Shown one piece after another: positions 17,307 through 27,967 of a stretch of DNA of 64,000 nt. The translations under genes and the position numbers were made by a program. Numbering within the stretch: position 1 is the stretch's first letter; each line of letters begins with the position of its first letter. The notes beneath the pieces are model-generated. The model was not told the DNA's origin, did not search any database, and saw only the letters and a list, made by a program, of their open reading frames with translations. Origin of the DNA: an uncultured Candidatus Saccharibacteria bacterium (GTDB taxonomy: Bacteria > Patescibacteriota > Minisyncoccia > Phycocordibacterales > CAZPGN01); assembly GCA_964586635.1 (NCBI GenBank), contig CAZPGN010000001.1:72932-136931 (forward strand), read 5' to 3'.

Positions 17307-17726
17307 TCAAAGCCAGAGCGCCAGAAGCCCGCCAATGAGTGGAAATGTTACGAGGTAATAGCTTGTATTGATAGCGTAGAGTTTGATTGGGCGACCCTCC
17401 CATGTAACCATACCCATGAGCACCGGCGCATTGAAACCGAGCCATACTAGAAACCCAACCCATGCGCCCGAAGCGAACATGAGAGCATCGCTCACAATCA
17501 CAAAATATGCCATTACGAACGATGTCGCGATAGCACCAACAAGTCCGGAGACATACATCTTCCACATACCCTGCTTCGTCTGTTCCGTACGCTCCTCGGT
17601 CAGTCCCGCCAATCGCATCCACGCTATTCCGAATACTTTTGGAGAATACCAGACCATGCCAACAACCATCATAACGATGGCGGTTCCAAGCACCGCCCAA
17701 AAATTAATGTCACTGAAAAGAATCAT
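17307..17726 (-). CDS. DUF1761-like membrane protein
   Basis: INFWAVL...GMVWYSPKVFG..WM; four TM segments. Confidence 0.85.
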   Translation of the reverse strand: MILFSDINFWAVLGTAIVMMVVGMVWYSPKVFGIAWMRLAGLTEERTEQTKQGMWKMYVSGLVGAIATSFVMAYFVIVSDALMFASGAWVGFLVWLGFNAPVLMGMVTWEGRPIKLYAINTSYYLVTFPLIGGLLALWL

Positions 17727-17821
17727 AGGTGATAATCATTAATATACACACCCTGGCTCGACAAGCCTTCTGTGAAAGTATACCCCCAAATGCGTATAAT
17801 CTGTAATTGCATTCGCGTTCG

Positions 17822-18205
17822 TCATGAACTGTTCGTGCGCGAATCAATCTCGGCATGATCAAGACCAAAATGGTGCGCAACTTCATGCCATATCGTGTCG
17901 GCGATGACTTCGCGAATTCTATCTAGATTGCCGTTGCCAGCCGCTTCGATAGGCAATCGGTACAGCGTGATAGTATCTGGAAGAGTCATGCCCACACCGT
18001 AATATTCACCTCGCGCGGTTTGCGGAATGCCCTGATAAAGACCGAGAAGCGCTTCGTCTTCCATGATGCCTTCACTCATGCGTATTGCCTCGCTTGGCTC
18101 ATCCTCGATCACGAATGCGACATTACGAATCTTTTTTCGAAATGGTTCAGGGACTGGCGATAATCCAATCTCCGCAACCATTTGCTCAAATAATTCTTTC
18201 GTCAT
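17822..18205 (-). CDS. Minimal zincin-like metallopeptidase
   Basis: LLGLYQG.P, PD.ITLYR, HEVAHHFG. Confidence 0.9.
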   Translation of the reverse strand: MTKELFEQMVAEIGLSPVPEPFRKKIRNVAFVIEDEPSEAIRMSEGIMEDEALLGLYQGIPQTARGEYYGVGMTLPDTITLYRLPIEAAGNGNLDRIREVIADTIWHEVAHHFGLDHAEIDSRTNSS

Positions 18206-18235
18206 TATCTGCGTGGAATATCGTACTTTTCGTAT

Positions 18236-18562
18236 TTATCCAAACACCAAAACCTTTTCCGAACTCTCAACCATTTTGAGTAAATCGGACATTGTGGAAA
18301 TGGGGCATACTTTGCTTTCGCTCTTGCCTCGCACCTTTAGACAACTTTCACATGCGTAGATTTTACCTTTTAGCTCTTTGAACATTGCCACTTTTGCCGA
18401 AATATCGAAATCCTTGCTGTCCTGGATAGAGTCGAGTTCCGACCCCTCGCTCATCAAAAATACTTCAACCGCATGAGCGGCTTTAAGAGAGGTGATTCCG
18501 AAGCGAAATGCATTCCAAACATGTTCGGGATTATTTGATTGCAAAATGATACCGATCTTCAT
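18236..18562 (-). CDS. DsrE family protein
   Basis: E..WNAFRF, VFLMSEG, ACESCL, CPISTM.DL. Confidence 0.88.
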   Translation of the reverse strand: MKIGIILQSNNPEHVWNAFRFGITSLKAAHAVEVFLMSEGSELDSIQDSKDFDISAKVAMFKELKGKIYACESCLKVRGKSESKVCPISTMSDLLKMVESSEKVLVFG

Positions 18563-18586
18563 AAGAATACCCTAACAAATTCATTG

Positions 18587-18657
18587 CTGCCGGGCTAGGA
18601 ATCGAACCTAGATTAAGGGCTCCAAAGACCCCTGTCCTACCGTTAGACGACCCGGCA
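18587..18657 (-). tRNA. tRNA-Gln(TTG)
   Basis: Cloverleaf TGCCGGG...GGGGT-CTTTGGA-GCCCT...GGTTCGATTCC...CCCGGCAG. Confidence 0.93.
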
Positions 18658-18694
18658 ATTCATATGGGATAGTATAACAAAATCCAGATACTTG

Positions 18695-19732
18695 CTACTG
18701 CAATTGGGTTTCTGGGTGGTCAATAAGGAGAAGCTCGAGAGGAAGTTCGGGTATCGATGCGTAGGTGACGCGCTCCCGTGCCATAATGAGATCGCGCAGG
18801 AGGTCAGATGGTTTAAAAATCTTTTTTGTCGCAACGCTCGCCTCTATTATATCAAGATCGGCCCTCTCTGAATCACCCGATATCCGTGCGAATGCCGATG
18901 GAGAATACTTACGCAACATCCATGCTCGTAATGAACGCATAACTATCTCGAGAAAGGCTTGCATATCGGCATTTTGTTTTGATGCGCTGGCTACTGCCTC
19001 AATTCCCTGTTCGATGTTGCCAGTAATGAGAGCGATGAGATAACGGAGCGCGAGCTCCTTGCTCGGAGCTCCCGCAAGATGCTCGACATCCGCGAGCGAG
19101 ATATTCGAGCCATCTACCGCATGCAGAACTTTTTGCAAAGCGCCATGCGCGTCTCGGAATGACCCGCCAGCGAGTAGCGCGATCGCCGTGGACGCATCAT
19201 CAGAAATCGAATATCCCTCCGACCTTGCCGTTGCAGTAATGACTTTTACCAGAATACTTTCGGTGGGACGCGCGAAATCAATTCGCTGACAGCGAGATAC
19301 TACGGTCTCGGGCACTTTGTGGATTTCAGTTGTCGCCAATACAAATATGACATGCAGGGGAGGTTCTTCGAGCACTTTTAGGAGACCGTTAAATGCGCTC
19401 TTTGAGAACATATGCACTTCATCGAAGATGTACACTTTGTACGGCGACTTGAAGGGCGCCGTCGCGACCCACTCTTTCATCTCGCGCACATCCTCGATGC
19501 CAGTGTTCGTCGCCGCGTCGAGCTCATAAAGATCCCCTGCATTCGTTCCAAGCTCGGCGGCAAAAATCCGCGCGAGACTCGTCTTCCCTGTTCCGCGAGG
19601 ACCGACAAAAAGATATGCATGCGCGACTCCGTTCTTAAGCGCGCCTTTTAGTATGGAGATAGCCGCATCCTGCCCAACGAGTTGGTCGAACGAGGATGGG
19701 CGGTATTTGCGATACAGAGAAAACTGCTGCAT
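18695..19732 (-). CDS. dnaX: DNA polymerase III gamma/tau (short, no Zn module)
   Basis: LYRKYRP, GPRGTGKT, DEVHM, SRC, RDA. Confidence 0.95.
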   Translation of the reverse strand: MQQFSLYRKYRPSSFDQLVGQDAAISILKGALKNGVAHAYLFVGPRGTGKTSLARIFAAELGTNAGDLYELDAATNTGIEDVREMKEWVATAPFKSPYKVYIFDEVHMFSKSAFNGLLKVLEEPPLHVIFVLATTEIHKVPETVVSRCQRIDFARPTESILVKVITATARSEGYSISDDASTAIALLAGGSFRDAHGALQKVLHAVDGSNISLADVEHLAGAPSKELALRYLIALITGNIEQGIEAVASASKQNADMQAFLEIVMRSLRAWMLRKYSPSAFARISGDSERADLDIIEASVATKKIFKPSDLLRDLIMARERVTYASIPELPLELLLIDHPETQLQ

Positions 19733-19743
19733 AGAGTGGTTGG

Positions 19744-21621
19744 TTACAGAATATTGGGCGATTCAATTCCAAGCAGGTAAAGACCCCTCTCAAGGACTAT
19801 CCTTACTGCATGAGTTATGACAAGACGATGGGGCGCGGCGAGGCCGCCATCCGCAAGCACGGGATAGCGCGCGTAATTGCTCTGATAATCGCGGGCAAGC
19901 TCAAATACGAAATTACCTATGATGCCAGGGTTATCAGTCCGCTCGGCCTTCAGCACGAGGTCTGGGAACTGAAGGAGCTTTTTGACAAGAGCGCGCTCAT
20001 CATTCTCAAGCGAGAGAGTCTCGATCGAACGCGCCGTTTCGACCTTCTTGCCATACTTTCGAATGATGCCACGCGCGCGAGCAAGGGCATACATCACATA
20101 CGCTCCGCCTGATTCCTCAAACTCTCCGAGCATCGCGTTTGTATCAGGATCCAGATCTACTGCATGGACCCTGTCCTTTCTAAGGTCGTTAAATATGATA
20201 GAGCCGCGCGCGAGCATGTCCGCATTTGCCTCAATTTCTTCACGCGATAGTTGCGCCGCGGCGGCGTACGCACGCGAGGCGTATTTTTTTGCAAAATGCT
20301 CACGTGCCGCCTCAAGCAAGGAGAATACATCTCCCGCGCCGCCGCGGCTCGAAAGCTTGGCGCCTGTTGCGGCATCCACATACAATCCGAGCGCAACATG
20401 AACAAGCGAACGTTCTGTACCATCAACAATACCGATCTCTCGTGCGGCACGGAACAGTTGCCTGAAATATGCCGACTGTTCCTCGCCGACTACATATGCG
20501 ATTTTTCGCGGATTAAATGCTGAGATGCGATATTGGATCGCAGCCAAATCTCGAGTCGCATACACCGATGCGCCATCACTGCGCCTTACAACAAGATACT
20601 CATCGTCTTCGAGCGGCACGACGGCTGCGCCGTCATGGTTCACTACTGTTCCTGCCGCAAGCCCTTTTTCAACAATACTCTGCCCACGGGCTGGAAAAAA
20701 GCTCTCTCCTATCGTGTGGTCAAAGCTGATGCCAAAGCGAGCGTAAAATGAATCAAACTCTGATCTGCTCCATCCGACCATCTCTTGCCAACGCCGCACG
20801 GTTTCGGGATCTCCAGATTCAAGTGCTCGAAAACGCGCATCCGCACGCGCCTTGAATTCATCCCATGCCAAACCGCCATCTTTTTCAAGCAGACGATAAC
20901 GGAGGTATATTTGATAGAGCTCTTCATTCTTGTCCTCCAAACGAGATGGTTCGGCGTGCCATCGATCCCACCCCTCTAGAACGAAACCGAATCCTCCCCA
21001 ATCATTTATATGATTTATGCGCTGAACCGTATATCCCGCGGCTTCATATATGCGCGACAATGACTCCCCAACGATGGTTGAACGAATGTGCCCCGCGTGA
21101 AGATGTTTGGCAACATTTGGACTCGAGTATTCGCAAACAGCGGTCTGGTCCGCAAAAATATCCGCGTCTCCGTATCGTTCTATCCCGTCGGCATCCTTCG
21201 TTTCCTGTACAGTTGCAAGCGATGAAAAAAGTCCGACGTCCGTAAATGACACATTGATGTACATTCCAGACGGGGCAATGTGCCCGATATGCGGATTTTC
21301 CAGAGCGAGTTGCGCAAAAAGTACAAGGAGTTTTGGAACAACTTCTTCTGCGTACAGCGCCGCCCCCTTCACTTTCAGCAATCCTGGTAGACGGATAGAG
21401 ATGTCGGCCCCGAATTTTTCTGTATCTATGAACGAGAACAGTATCTCCTCTCCTTCATAGATAGAACCCATTAAACACTTTTTTATTTGCAACTCGATAC
21501 TGGGGAGAAAGTATGCCGCGTGCGGCACATAGCCCCTGCTGGCACGCTTCTCAATAACACGCGCTGAAACTCGCTTGATTTCGAGTTCACGGGCTCTATT
21601 AAACTCTGCTAGAGCATTCAT
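19744..21621 (-). CDS. argS: Arginine-tRNA ligase
   Basis: EYSSPNVAKHLHAGHIRS, NHINDWG, YATRDLA, LSSRGG. Confidence 0.94.
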   Translation of the reverse strand: MNALAEFNRARELEIKRVSARVIEKRASRGYVPHAAYFLPSIELQIKKCLMGSIYEGEEILFSFIDTEKFGADISIRLPGLLKVKGAALYAEEVVPKLLVLFAQLALENPHIGHIAPSGMYINVSFTDVGLFSSLATVQETKDADGIERYGDADIFADQTAVCEYSSPNVAKHLHAGHIRSTIVGESLSRIYEAAGYTVQRINHINDWGGFGFVLEGWDRWHAEPSRLEDKNEELYQIYLRYRLLEKDGGLAWDEFKARADARFRALESGDPETVRRWQEMVGWSRSEFDSFYARFGISFDHTIGESFFPARGQSIVEKGLAAGTVVNHDGAAVVPLEDDEYLVVRRSDGASVYATRDLAAIQYRISAFNPRKIAYVVGEEQSAYFRQLFRAAREIGIVDGTERSLVHVALGLYVDAATGAKLSSRGGAGDVFSLLEAAREHFAKKYASRAYAAAAQLSREEIEANADMLARGSIIFNDLRKDRVHAVDLDPDTNAMLGEFEESGGAYVMYALARARGIIRKYGKKVETARSIETLSLENDERALVKKLLQFPDLVLKAERTDNPGIIGNFVFELARDYQSNYARYPVLADGGLAAPHRLVITHAVRIVLERGLYLLGIESPNIL

Positions 21622-21764
21622 ATTGGGAGTATAGTTAGACCATTGTAGCGCATATTCATGAGTTATCCCAAGTCGGTGATTGCCCTACGCATTAATCCCA
21701 TGATATATACTAAACAGATGTACACTGGATGCATGAGTTAGCTCGATACGAAAAAAGGAGGACT

Positions 21765-21947
21765 ATGTGGACTGTGTTCAGAAGACGAAGGCCGCTCCAT
21801 ATCGGAACGGCGTTTAGTTACTTTAGACGGAAGCCTCGACAAGACACTCAAGGCACCATAGAACAGAAGGCGCCCCAAACAGAACAGGAACACAACGCCT
21901 CGGCACAATCGGCACAAGCTGAAGATGCACAGAAGAGAGATTCATGA
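21765..21947 (+). CDS. Small hypothetical protein
   Basis: AAGGAGG RBS before ATG; fills the gap between argS and dus. Confidence 0.4.
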   Translation: MWTVFRRRRPLHIGTAFSYFRRKPRQDTQGTIEQKAPQTEQEHNASAQSAQAEDAQKRDS

Positions 21948-21990
21948 TTTTTCTCGGTGTTCGAATAGGCCCACACGGGCCTATTTGCTA

Positions 21991-23010
21991 TCATGCGCCA
22001 TTCCCATCGTCCAAAGCAGACAAAAAATTCTCGATTACACCGAGAGCCTTTGTTCCCGTTTGCGTATCCATGAGTTCGGCGCGAAGTTTGTGAGCGCCGT
22101 CAAAACCCGCCACGTATGCTTTGAAATGCTTTTTCATAACGCTGAAACTTTTCGGCGGCCAACCCCGCTCATGCACCAACCATGATTCATGATCATACAA
22201 CAATTCATAAAGACGAATATGTTCCGCTAGCACACGGAGCTTTTCCGCAGTGTTCGGATTGCGCTCCGAGAACAACCACGGATTTCCAAAAACAGCCCGT
22301 CCGAGCATAACGCCATCGACTCCATAGACCAGGGATTTCTCGCGTGCATCATCGAGGTCTCGAACATCCCCATTGCCAATTATAAGCGTGCCAGTACCTG
22401 CCGCGAGTCGCGCCGCTTTCCCAATCTCATCCCAATGCGCCGGAACTTTCGACATCTCCCTCGCCGTTCTGCCGTGAACCGTGATAGCCGCAGGTTTAGC
22501 CTTCAGCAGTGACGAAATCCACGATTCCGTAACGATCGCATCCAGACCAATGCGGGTTTTTACGGACACTGGGAAATCCGAACGAACAGACTCCCCGCCC
22601 TGCTTTGCGGCCGCGATAATTTCAAGCGCTCGACCAGTGTCGTTTATAAGAGCGGCACATGAACCCTGTTTAAGCACGGAGCGTTCTGGACAACCCATGT
22701 TTATATCAATACCGTCGAATCCTAATTCTCCGGCAAGAACCGCCGCGCGTTCAAAATTAGTTGGATCAATACCAAAAACCTGCGCCAGAATCGGATGTTC
22801 GACTTCAGAGTATTCGAATTCTCGGAGAAGCTTTTTTTTGGCCTTGCTTTGAAGTCCCTCAACAGAAACAAACTCTGTAAAAAACACATCAGGTTTTCCA
22901 CATTTCGCTATGATGCGTCGAAAGGCCGCGTCTGTAACATCGTACATGGGCGCAAGCGCAAAAAATGGCCGCGGCAATTTATTCCAAAAGCTGGGGTTGG
23001 TAGTTTTCAT
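21991..23010 (-). CDS. tRNA-dihydrouridine synthase
   Basis: LAPM, DINMGCP, VSVKTRIG, VHGRT, GNGDV, GRAVFGNPW. Confidence 0.93.
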   Translation of the reverse strand: MKTTNPSFWNKLPRPFFALAPMYDVTDAAFRRIIAKCGKPDVFFTEFVSVEGLQSKAKKKLLREFEYSEVEHPILAQVFGIDPTNFERAAVLAGELGFDGIDINMGCPERSVLKQGSCAALINDTGRALEIIAAAKQGGESVRSDFPVSVKTRIGLDAIVTESWISSLLKAKPAAITVHGRTAREMSKVPAHWDEIGKAARLAAGTGTLIIGNGDVRDLDDAREKSLVYGVDGVMLGRAVFGNPWLFSERNPNTAEKLRVLAEHIRLYELLYDHESWLVHERGWPPKSFSVMKKHFKAYVAGFDGAHKLRAELMDTQTGTKALGVIENFLSALDDGNGA

Positions 23011-24874
23011 TCGTGCGCGTTAGCCGCGGGTTAACCCGCACTATAGTATCCTTCTTCAGCAGAACTTCGAGCGCCATTCCTGTTTTTGTTTCCTCTGAAA
23101 AATCCTGGTCGAAAATGAAATTTCCGAGCGAGTACGCGATTACGCCGCCATTATACTCTTCGATGGGCTGAATAACATGTGGGTGATGGCCGATGACGAT
23201 ACGCGCGCCCGCATCAATCGCGGCATGGGCAAGCTCTCGCTGGCGCCGAGTGGGTTCCTGCTCGTACTCATCACCAAAATGGATAGATACAACGAGAGTA
23301 TCGCTCTCGTTTGCAGCGGCCGTGATGATAGAGGAATAGTCGGGGTCGCTCGCGGTAAGCATATATGATGAATCTATGTCTTCCGAGAGCCATGCGGGAC
23401 CAAGATCGGAGAATGCAAGAAAGGCGACTCTCGTTCCGCCTCGTTCGATTATGCGCGGTCGTTTGGCCTCTAGTCGTGAAGTCCCGCCTCCCGCCGACTC
23501 AATGCCTGCCGCCTTTAGACGGACAAGAGTGTCTTCGAAGGCGCCACGACCCCAATCACCGGAATGATTGTTTGCGACGCTCACCACATCGAAGCCTGCG
23601 CCAGAGAGCGCATCCATGGCCTTTGGGTCCATTCGGAATGAGTACGCACCACCAAGATCATACCCCCTGTTGGAGAGGGGTCCTTCTAAATTAGCGAAGG
23701 CAATATCGGCACGGCCAAGATACTCGGAACTCGAAAAAATCGTTCTGTAGTCGCCTCCCGCAGAGTCGATCCGCGCGCGCACGCCGCGATCCATCATAAT
23801 GTCACCGACGAATACGAGAGAGAGCGGCGATGAATCATCGTCACCGCCCCGTCCTGAAGTTCCGTCAAGCAGAGTGCGCGCCACGCTTGAGCGTCTAGCA
23901 TATTCTCCCATAGTTACAGAATCAACAAGCGCGGCAATATCACGATTGCGTGTGCTACTTCCGAGCACGGCTACCATAATGGTGCGAGTATCTAAATTGC
24001 CAAATGGCACCGAGAAGAATGCGACACCAGTCTGTGCCGCTTCCGGAATGAAGCCGGTTTTACCGCCAACATAAAACGGGTCGGCATTTTTTATAAAGTA
24101 TCCACTGTGCATCCAACGATGATAGCGATTGCGAAGTGTGCTTGGGACGACCGAATCATTCGTATTGGTAATTTTTAGAATGTCCTGTTCCGACGCGTAT
24201 AAATACCGTCCGAACAAAAAGAGGTCGAATGCTGTCGAGCGGTTTCCGACAGAAAGTCCGCTTGGGTCCTCAAACACAGTATCATGAAGCAGGTGTGTGC
24301 GGGCGAATGTATTGAGTTGCGCGATGAAATCATCGCGCCCAGCACTCTCCGCGAGCATTTCTGCGGCGTCGTTGCTTGATTCGAGTAGGAGCGGGTAGGC
24401 AAGCTCTCGGGGAGTCAATTCCTCCCCGACAACCAAGTTGCCTGTCGTGCCATATGCCGACAAGGCTTTTTTGCTTGCGGGTATTGGGATGTCGCGAGGG
24501 AGAAGGGCCTGCGAAACAACCTGCGTGAAGAGTTTGGACACTGAAGCGATGGGCAACTGTTCCTTCTCGGCATGTGCGAGCAATATCTCGCCCGAATCCA
24601 GGTCGCCAACAATATATGCTTCGGCGGAGACTAGGGGCGTCTCGTGCGAGGCAACCACGAAGAGCGTCTTTTGGCGCCAGCGCTCTGACATTTCTATAGC
24701 AATCCTATCCCCAACAGCACTCGCCCGTTCCCAGAGCAGCTGCCTGCCCTCCGAGAACCGAACGATGCCATGTGCCGCAGCCCGCGGGACTTCTACAACA
24801 ATTACCGACACCGTAAAACCGATCACCACTACTATCGCGATCCATACGAATGTGTGTAATGCATTGCGGATCAT
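22979..24874 (-). CDS. D-Ala-D-Ala carboxypeptidase (S11) fused to a CapA/PGA_cap metallophosphatase domain
   Basis: ASVSK, SSN, KTG; then GDIM, NLEGP, ANNH, GHHPH, YSLGNFIFDQ. Confidence 0.88.
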   Translation of the reverse strand: MIRNALHTFVWIAIVVVIGFTVSVIVVEVPRAAAHGIVRFSEGRQLLWERASAVGDRIAIEMSERWRQKTLFVVASHETPLVSAEAYIVGDLDSGEILLAHAEKEQLPIASVSKLFTQVVSQALLPRDIPIPASKKALSAYGTTGNLVVGEELTPRELAYPLLLESSNDAAEMLAESAGRDDFIAQLNTFARTHLLHDTVFEDPSGLSVGNRSTAFDLFLFGRYLYASEQDILKITNTNDSVVPSTLRNRYHRWMHSGYFIKNADPFYVGGKTGFIPEAAQTGVAFFSVPFGNLDTRTIMVAVLGSSTRNRDIAALVDSVTMGEYARRSSVARTLLDGTSGRGGDDDSSPLSLVFVGDIMMDRGVRARIDSAGGDYRTIFSSSEYLGRADIAFANLEGPLSNRGYDLGGAYSFRMDPKAMDALSGAGFDVVSVANNHSGDWGRGAFEDTLVRLKAAGIESAGGGTSRLEAKRPRIIERGGTRVAFLAFSDLGPAWLSEDIDSSYMLTASDPDYSSIITAAANESDTLVVSIHFGDEYEQEPTRRQRELAHAAIDAGARIVIGHHPHVIQPIEEYNGGVIAYSLGNFIFDQDFSEETKTGMALEVLLKKDTIVRVNPRLTRTNENYQPQLLE

Positions 24875-25764
24875 TGTCGTGGTATGAAAGTATAATATAC
24901 CTTGTCTCCGAAGCGAATATCGATGTTCGAAAGCCGCAGCGAAGGATCTTGTCGCTTCGCGATAAATTCCGGCGCGGTGATGGCAAGCGTAAGATTTTCA
25001 AGCGCTCGCGGCGCATCATCGTCAATATTCAACATTACGCTTGAACTATCGGCCAATCCGACTCGATAGTCCCCATCACCGACATTTTCAAACACGGTTA
25101 TTCCGTGTCCGAGTACTTGCGGAATGCGCGCCAGATACTCCTCTGCACGACGAAAAAGAGTATCGGCTAATACCGTCATTCCACGAGCCTCGCCCTCGAC
25201 ACCTCCTGTCCACTTGATATATGCCGCACTGCCAGAGAAATAGGGCGCGGCGCGAAAGAGATACCCCGTATCACTCATGTAAAAGCATTCGTGCGAAGCA
25301 TTATCGTGGCACCAAAGATATCTCGGCTTGCGTTCAGTTATGGCAATTTCAAGGACTTGAGACCTCGCGATAAGCGTCGCCGTCGCTATCTCGGGATACT
25401 GTTCTATCAGAAGGTTCGAGATTTGTCTGCGCGGGTACGCGAAGACATTATTGCGCGGGATGATAAACGCATAGGTTCCCGAGATCTCTCTGGAGGAGAG
25501 TTCGACAATCGCCTCGCTATCGATAGTTTCGACCCCTGTTACGATCACCGAGTCGATAGTCAACATATCGATTCTGCTAGCAAGCGCGACTAGCGAGAGC
25601 ATGGCGACAAAGACCGCAAAGATACCGCCCACCCTCCACAGTCGCCGCCTGCGACCCATAACCCGCGAGCGCAACAACAAATCGCGCTGACTAGTTTTCC
25701 GACGGACATTGTTACTGGCTCGTTCCACCACGGACAATCTTGTCTTTCCCAAAATATTGCGCAA
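24871..25764 (-). CDS. FtsQ/DivIB-like protein (start uncertain)
   Basis: Basic N-terminus, one TM, POTRA-like region, ITERKP, C-terminal IDIRFGDKVY. Confidence 0.75.
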   Translation of the reverse strand: MRNILGKTRLSVVERASNNVRRKTSQRDLLLRSRVMGRRRRLWRVGGIFAVFVAMLSLVALASRIDMLTIDSVIVTGVETIDSEAIVELSSREISGTYAFIIPRNNVFAYPRRQISNLLIEQYPEIATATLIARSQVLEIAITERKPRYLWCHDNASHECFYMSDTGYLFRAAPYFSGSAAYIKWTGGVEGEARGMTVLADTLFRRAEEYLARIPQVLGHGITVFENVGDGDYRVGLADSSSVMLNIDDDAPRALENLTLAITAPEFIAKRQDPSLRLSNIDIRFGDKVYYTFIPRQ

Positions 25765-26992
25765 GTTTCGGAGGGATGCGGATCGACCCGTCAGGTTCCT
25801 GCAAATTTTCTACGAGTGAGACGAGAAGCCGAGGCGTTGCAAGAGCTGTGTTATTAAGCGAGTGCACGAACCGCAAACTCCCATCATCATCGCGATAGCG
25901 GATATTAAAACGGCGCGTTTGAAAGTCGTGAAAATAGGAATCTGAATGTGTCTCGCGATATGTCGCTTCTGACGGCACCCACGCCTCAACATCATACTTC
26001 TTCACCTGCCCGAGTCCAAGATCGCCGCCACAGTTGACAACAACTCGATAAGGCAACTCTAACCCCTGCATGAGTTTCTCCGCGTTCTCGAGTAATTTCT
26101 CATGCCACTCCACGCTATCTCGATGGTTCGCTTCGACGAGAACGACTTGCTCAACCTTGAAAAATTCGTGCACTCGCATCAGGCCATGTGTATCCTTGCC
26201 ATGGCTTCCCGCTTCGCGGCGGAAACAAGGAGAGAAGGCGGCGATCCTTAGTGGCAGTTTCTCTTTCAGAATTACTTCGTCCATGAAGTATCCCATAGCG
26301 CCAACCTCTCCCGTTCCCGCAAAATATGTTCCGTCTTGGGTCATGTACAGGTCGTCCTTGCCCTGCGGAAGGTAGCCAGTTCCAAGAAGAGGTTCTTTAC
26401 GGACATGGGACGGCACTAGCATCGGAGTAAATCCTTCTCCGATAAGCAGATCAAGAGCATAACGCCAGAGAGCCAAAGAGAGAAGAATGCCGTCATTTTT
26501 CAAAAAATAGCCTCTGAATCCGGCCACCTTAACGCCGCGTTCAAAATCGACCATATCGAGTTCGGTCATCAATGAAACATGGTCTTTCGCGAGGAAATCG
26601 AACTTGCGCGGTTCTCCCCATGTGTGGAGCTCTTTGTTTTCAGCATCATACTGCCCCTCGGGGACAGAAATGTCCGGGATATTTGGCACAGCGAGCATCA
26701 GCTTTTGCCACTTCTGCACTATGCCCCGAAGTGCTTCTTCTTTTTTCTGCAGTTCTTCCTTGAGCTCCTTCATAAGGGAGATGTGGTGAGCACGCTCCGA
26801 AGGATCAGCAGTACTTGCTATCTGCTGGCTCGCCTCGTTCTGTTTCGCCCGCATCTCTTCGACCTCTGTCATGAGAGCGCGCCGATTGTCATCTTCCCCG
26901 ATCAAGATATCCACATCAAACGCGATATGTTTCTTCCGCGCCGCCTCCCTCACCAAATCTTTATTCTCTCGAATGAATTTAATATCCAGCAT
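25712..26992 (-). CDS. serS: Serine-tRNA ligase
   Basis: MLDIKFIREN, FRREAG, RVHEF.KVE, HSLNNT. Confidence 0.96.
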   Translation of the reverse strand: MLDIKFIRENKDLVREAARKKHIAFDVDILIGEDDNRRALMTEVEEMRAKQNEASQQIASTADPSERAHHISLMKELKEELQKKEEALRGIVQKWQKLMLAVPNIPDISVPEGQYDAENKELHTWGEPRKFDFLAKDHVSLMTELDMVDFERGVKVAGFRGYFLKNDGILLSLALWRYALDLLIGEGFTPMLVPSHVRKEPLLGTGYLPQGKDDLYMTQDGTYFAGTGEVGAMGYFMDEVILKEKLPLRIAAFSPCFRREAGSHGKDTHGLMRVHEFFKVEQVVLVEANHRDSVEWHEKLLENAEKLMQGLELPYRVVVNCGGDLGLGQVKKYDVEAWVPSEATYRETHSDSYFHDFQTRRFNIRYRDDDGSLRFVHSLNNTALATPRLLVSLVENLQEPDGSIRIPPKLAQYFGKDKIVRGGTSQ

Positions 26993-27047
26993 AGTTCGAA
27001 GTATACGACTCAATGGTATCAGAAATGTTAGAATATCTGAAATAGTT

Positions 27048-27911
27048 ATGCGAACCATAGAAAAAGAGAATATCCCTACATCACTTCAAGAAATACCAGA
27101 GCCGCCGACGCGGCTGTATATTGAAGGCGAACTTCCGAACGCCGAACATTTCATCTATCTTGCGGTCGTCGGTTCGCGCCGCTATTCGAACTATGGCAGG
27201 GAGGCATGCGAACACTTGATTGCAGGACTTTCCGGCTCGCCCATCGTCATCGTTTCGGGTCTCGCACATGGTATTGACGCTCTCGCGCACCGTGCCGCGC
27301 TTTCAGCGAAATTGCCGACTGTCGCATTCCCCGGTTCTGGCCTCGACCGTCGCTCTCTCTATCCAAGAAGCAACATCGGACTTGCGGACGAAATACTCGC
27401 GGCGGGCGGCGCCTTGGTTTCCGAATTCGAGCCCATGACTCGCGGCGCACTGCATACATTTCCGAGACGCAACCGCCTCATGGCAGGAATCTCTCGCGCT
27501 GTGCTTGTTGTTGAAGCCGGGGAACGCTCTGGAACGCTTATCACTGCGCGGCTCGCGATTGAATACAATCGGGACCTATTCACGGTTCCCGGCTCAATTT
27601 TTTCGGAACACTCCATCGGCGCGCACCGCCTTCTACGCCATGGAGCCGTACCCATAACAACAAGCGCCGATCTTTTGCTTGAGCTCGGCATCGAGAACAA
27701 GCGAAATGCCTCACCATTAGTCGACGGTCTCACCATTAATGAATGCCGGGTTCTCGAAGCGCTCCATGAACCACTCGAACGAGATGCGCTATTGCGAACT
27801 CTTCCTATGCCAATCGCGGAAGCGAATGCCTTACTCATGACAATGGAGATACGTGGTCTCATATCCGAATCTGTAGGTCGCTTCCGCAAAACGAACAACG
27901 CCATACAATGA
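27048..27911 (+). CDS. dprA: DNA-processing protein DprA
   Basis: AVVGSR, VSGLAHGID, FPRRNR, SGTLITA; start re-called. Confidence 0.95.
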   Translation: MRTIEKENIPTSLQEIPEPPTRLYIEGELPNAEHFIYLAVVGSRRYSNYGREACEHLIAGLSGSPIVIVSGLAHGIDALAHRAALSAKLPTVAFPGSGLDRRSLYPRSNIGLADEILAAGGALVSEFEPMTRGALHTFPRRNRLMAGISRAVLVVEAGERSGTLITARLAIEYNRDLFTVPGSIFSEHSIGAHRLLRHGAVPITTSADLLLELGIENKRNASPLVDGLTINECRVLEALHEPLERDALLRTLPMPIAEANALLMTMEIRGLISESVGRFRKTNNAIQ

Positions 27912-27967
27912 AGGCGAACGCGGTAACACTTGCGCATGTCCGCAATGTGTAGTAGTAGTGTAAAGAT

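Noticed and set aside
18695-19732. Short DnaX, short IF2 and short Rel as pseudogenes
   Set aside because: Catalytic motifs are intact with clean ends; consistent with domain streamlining in reduced genomes
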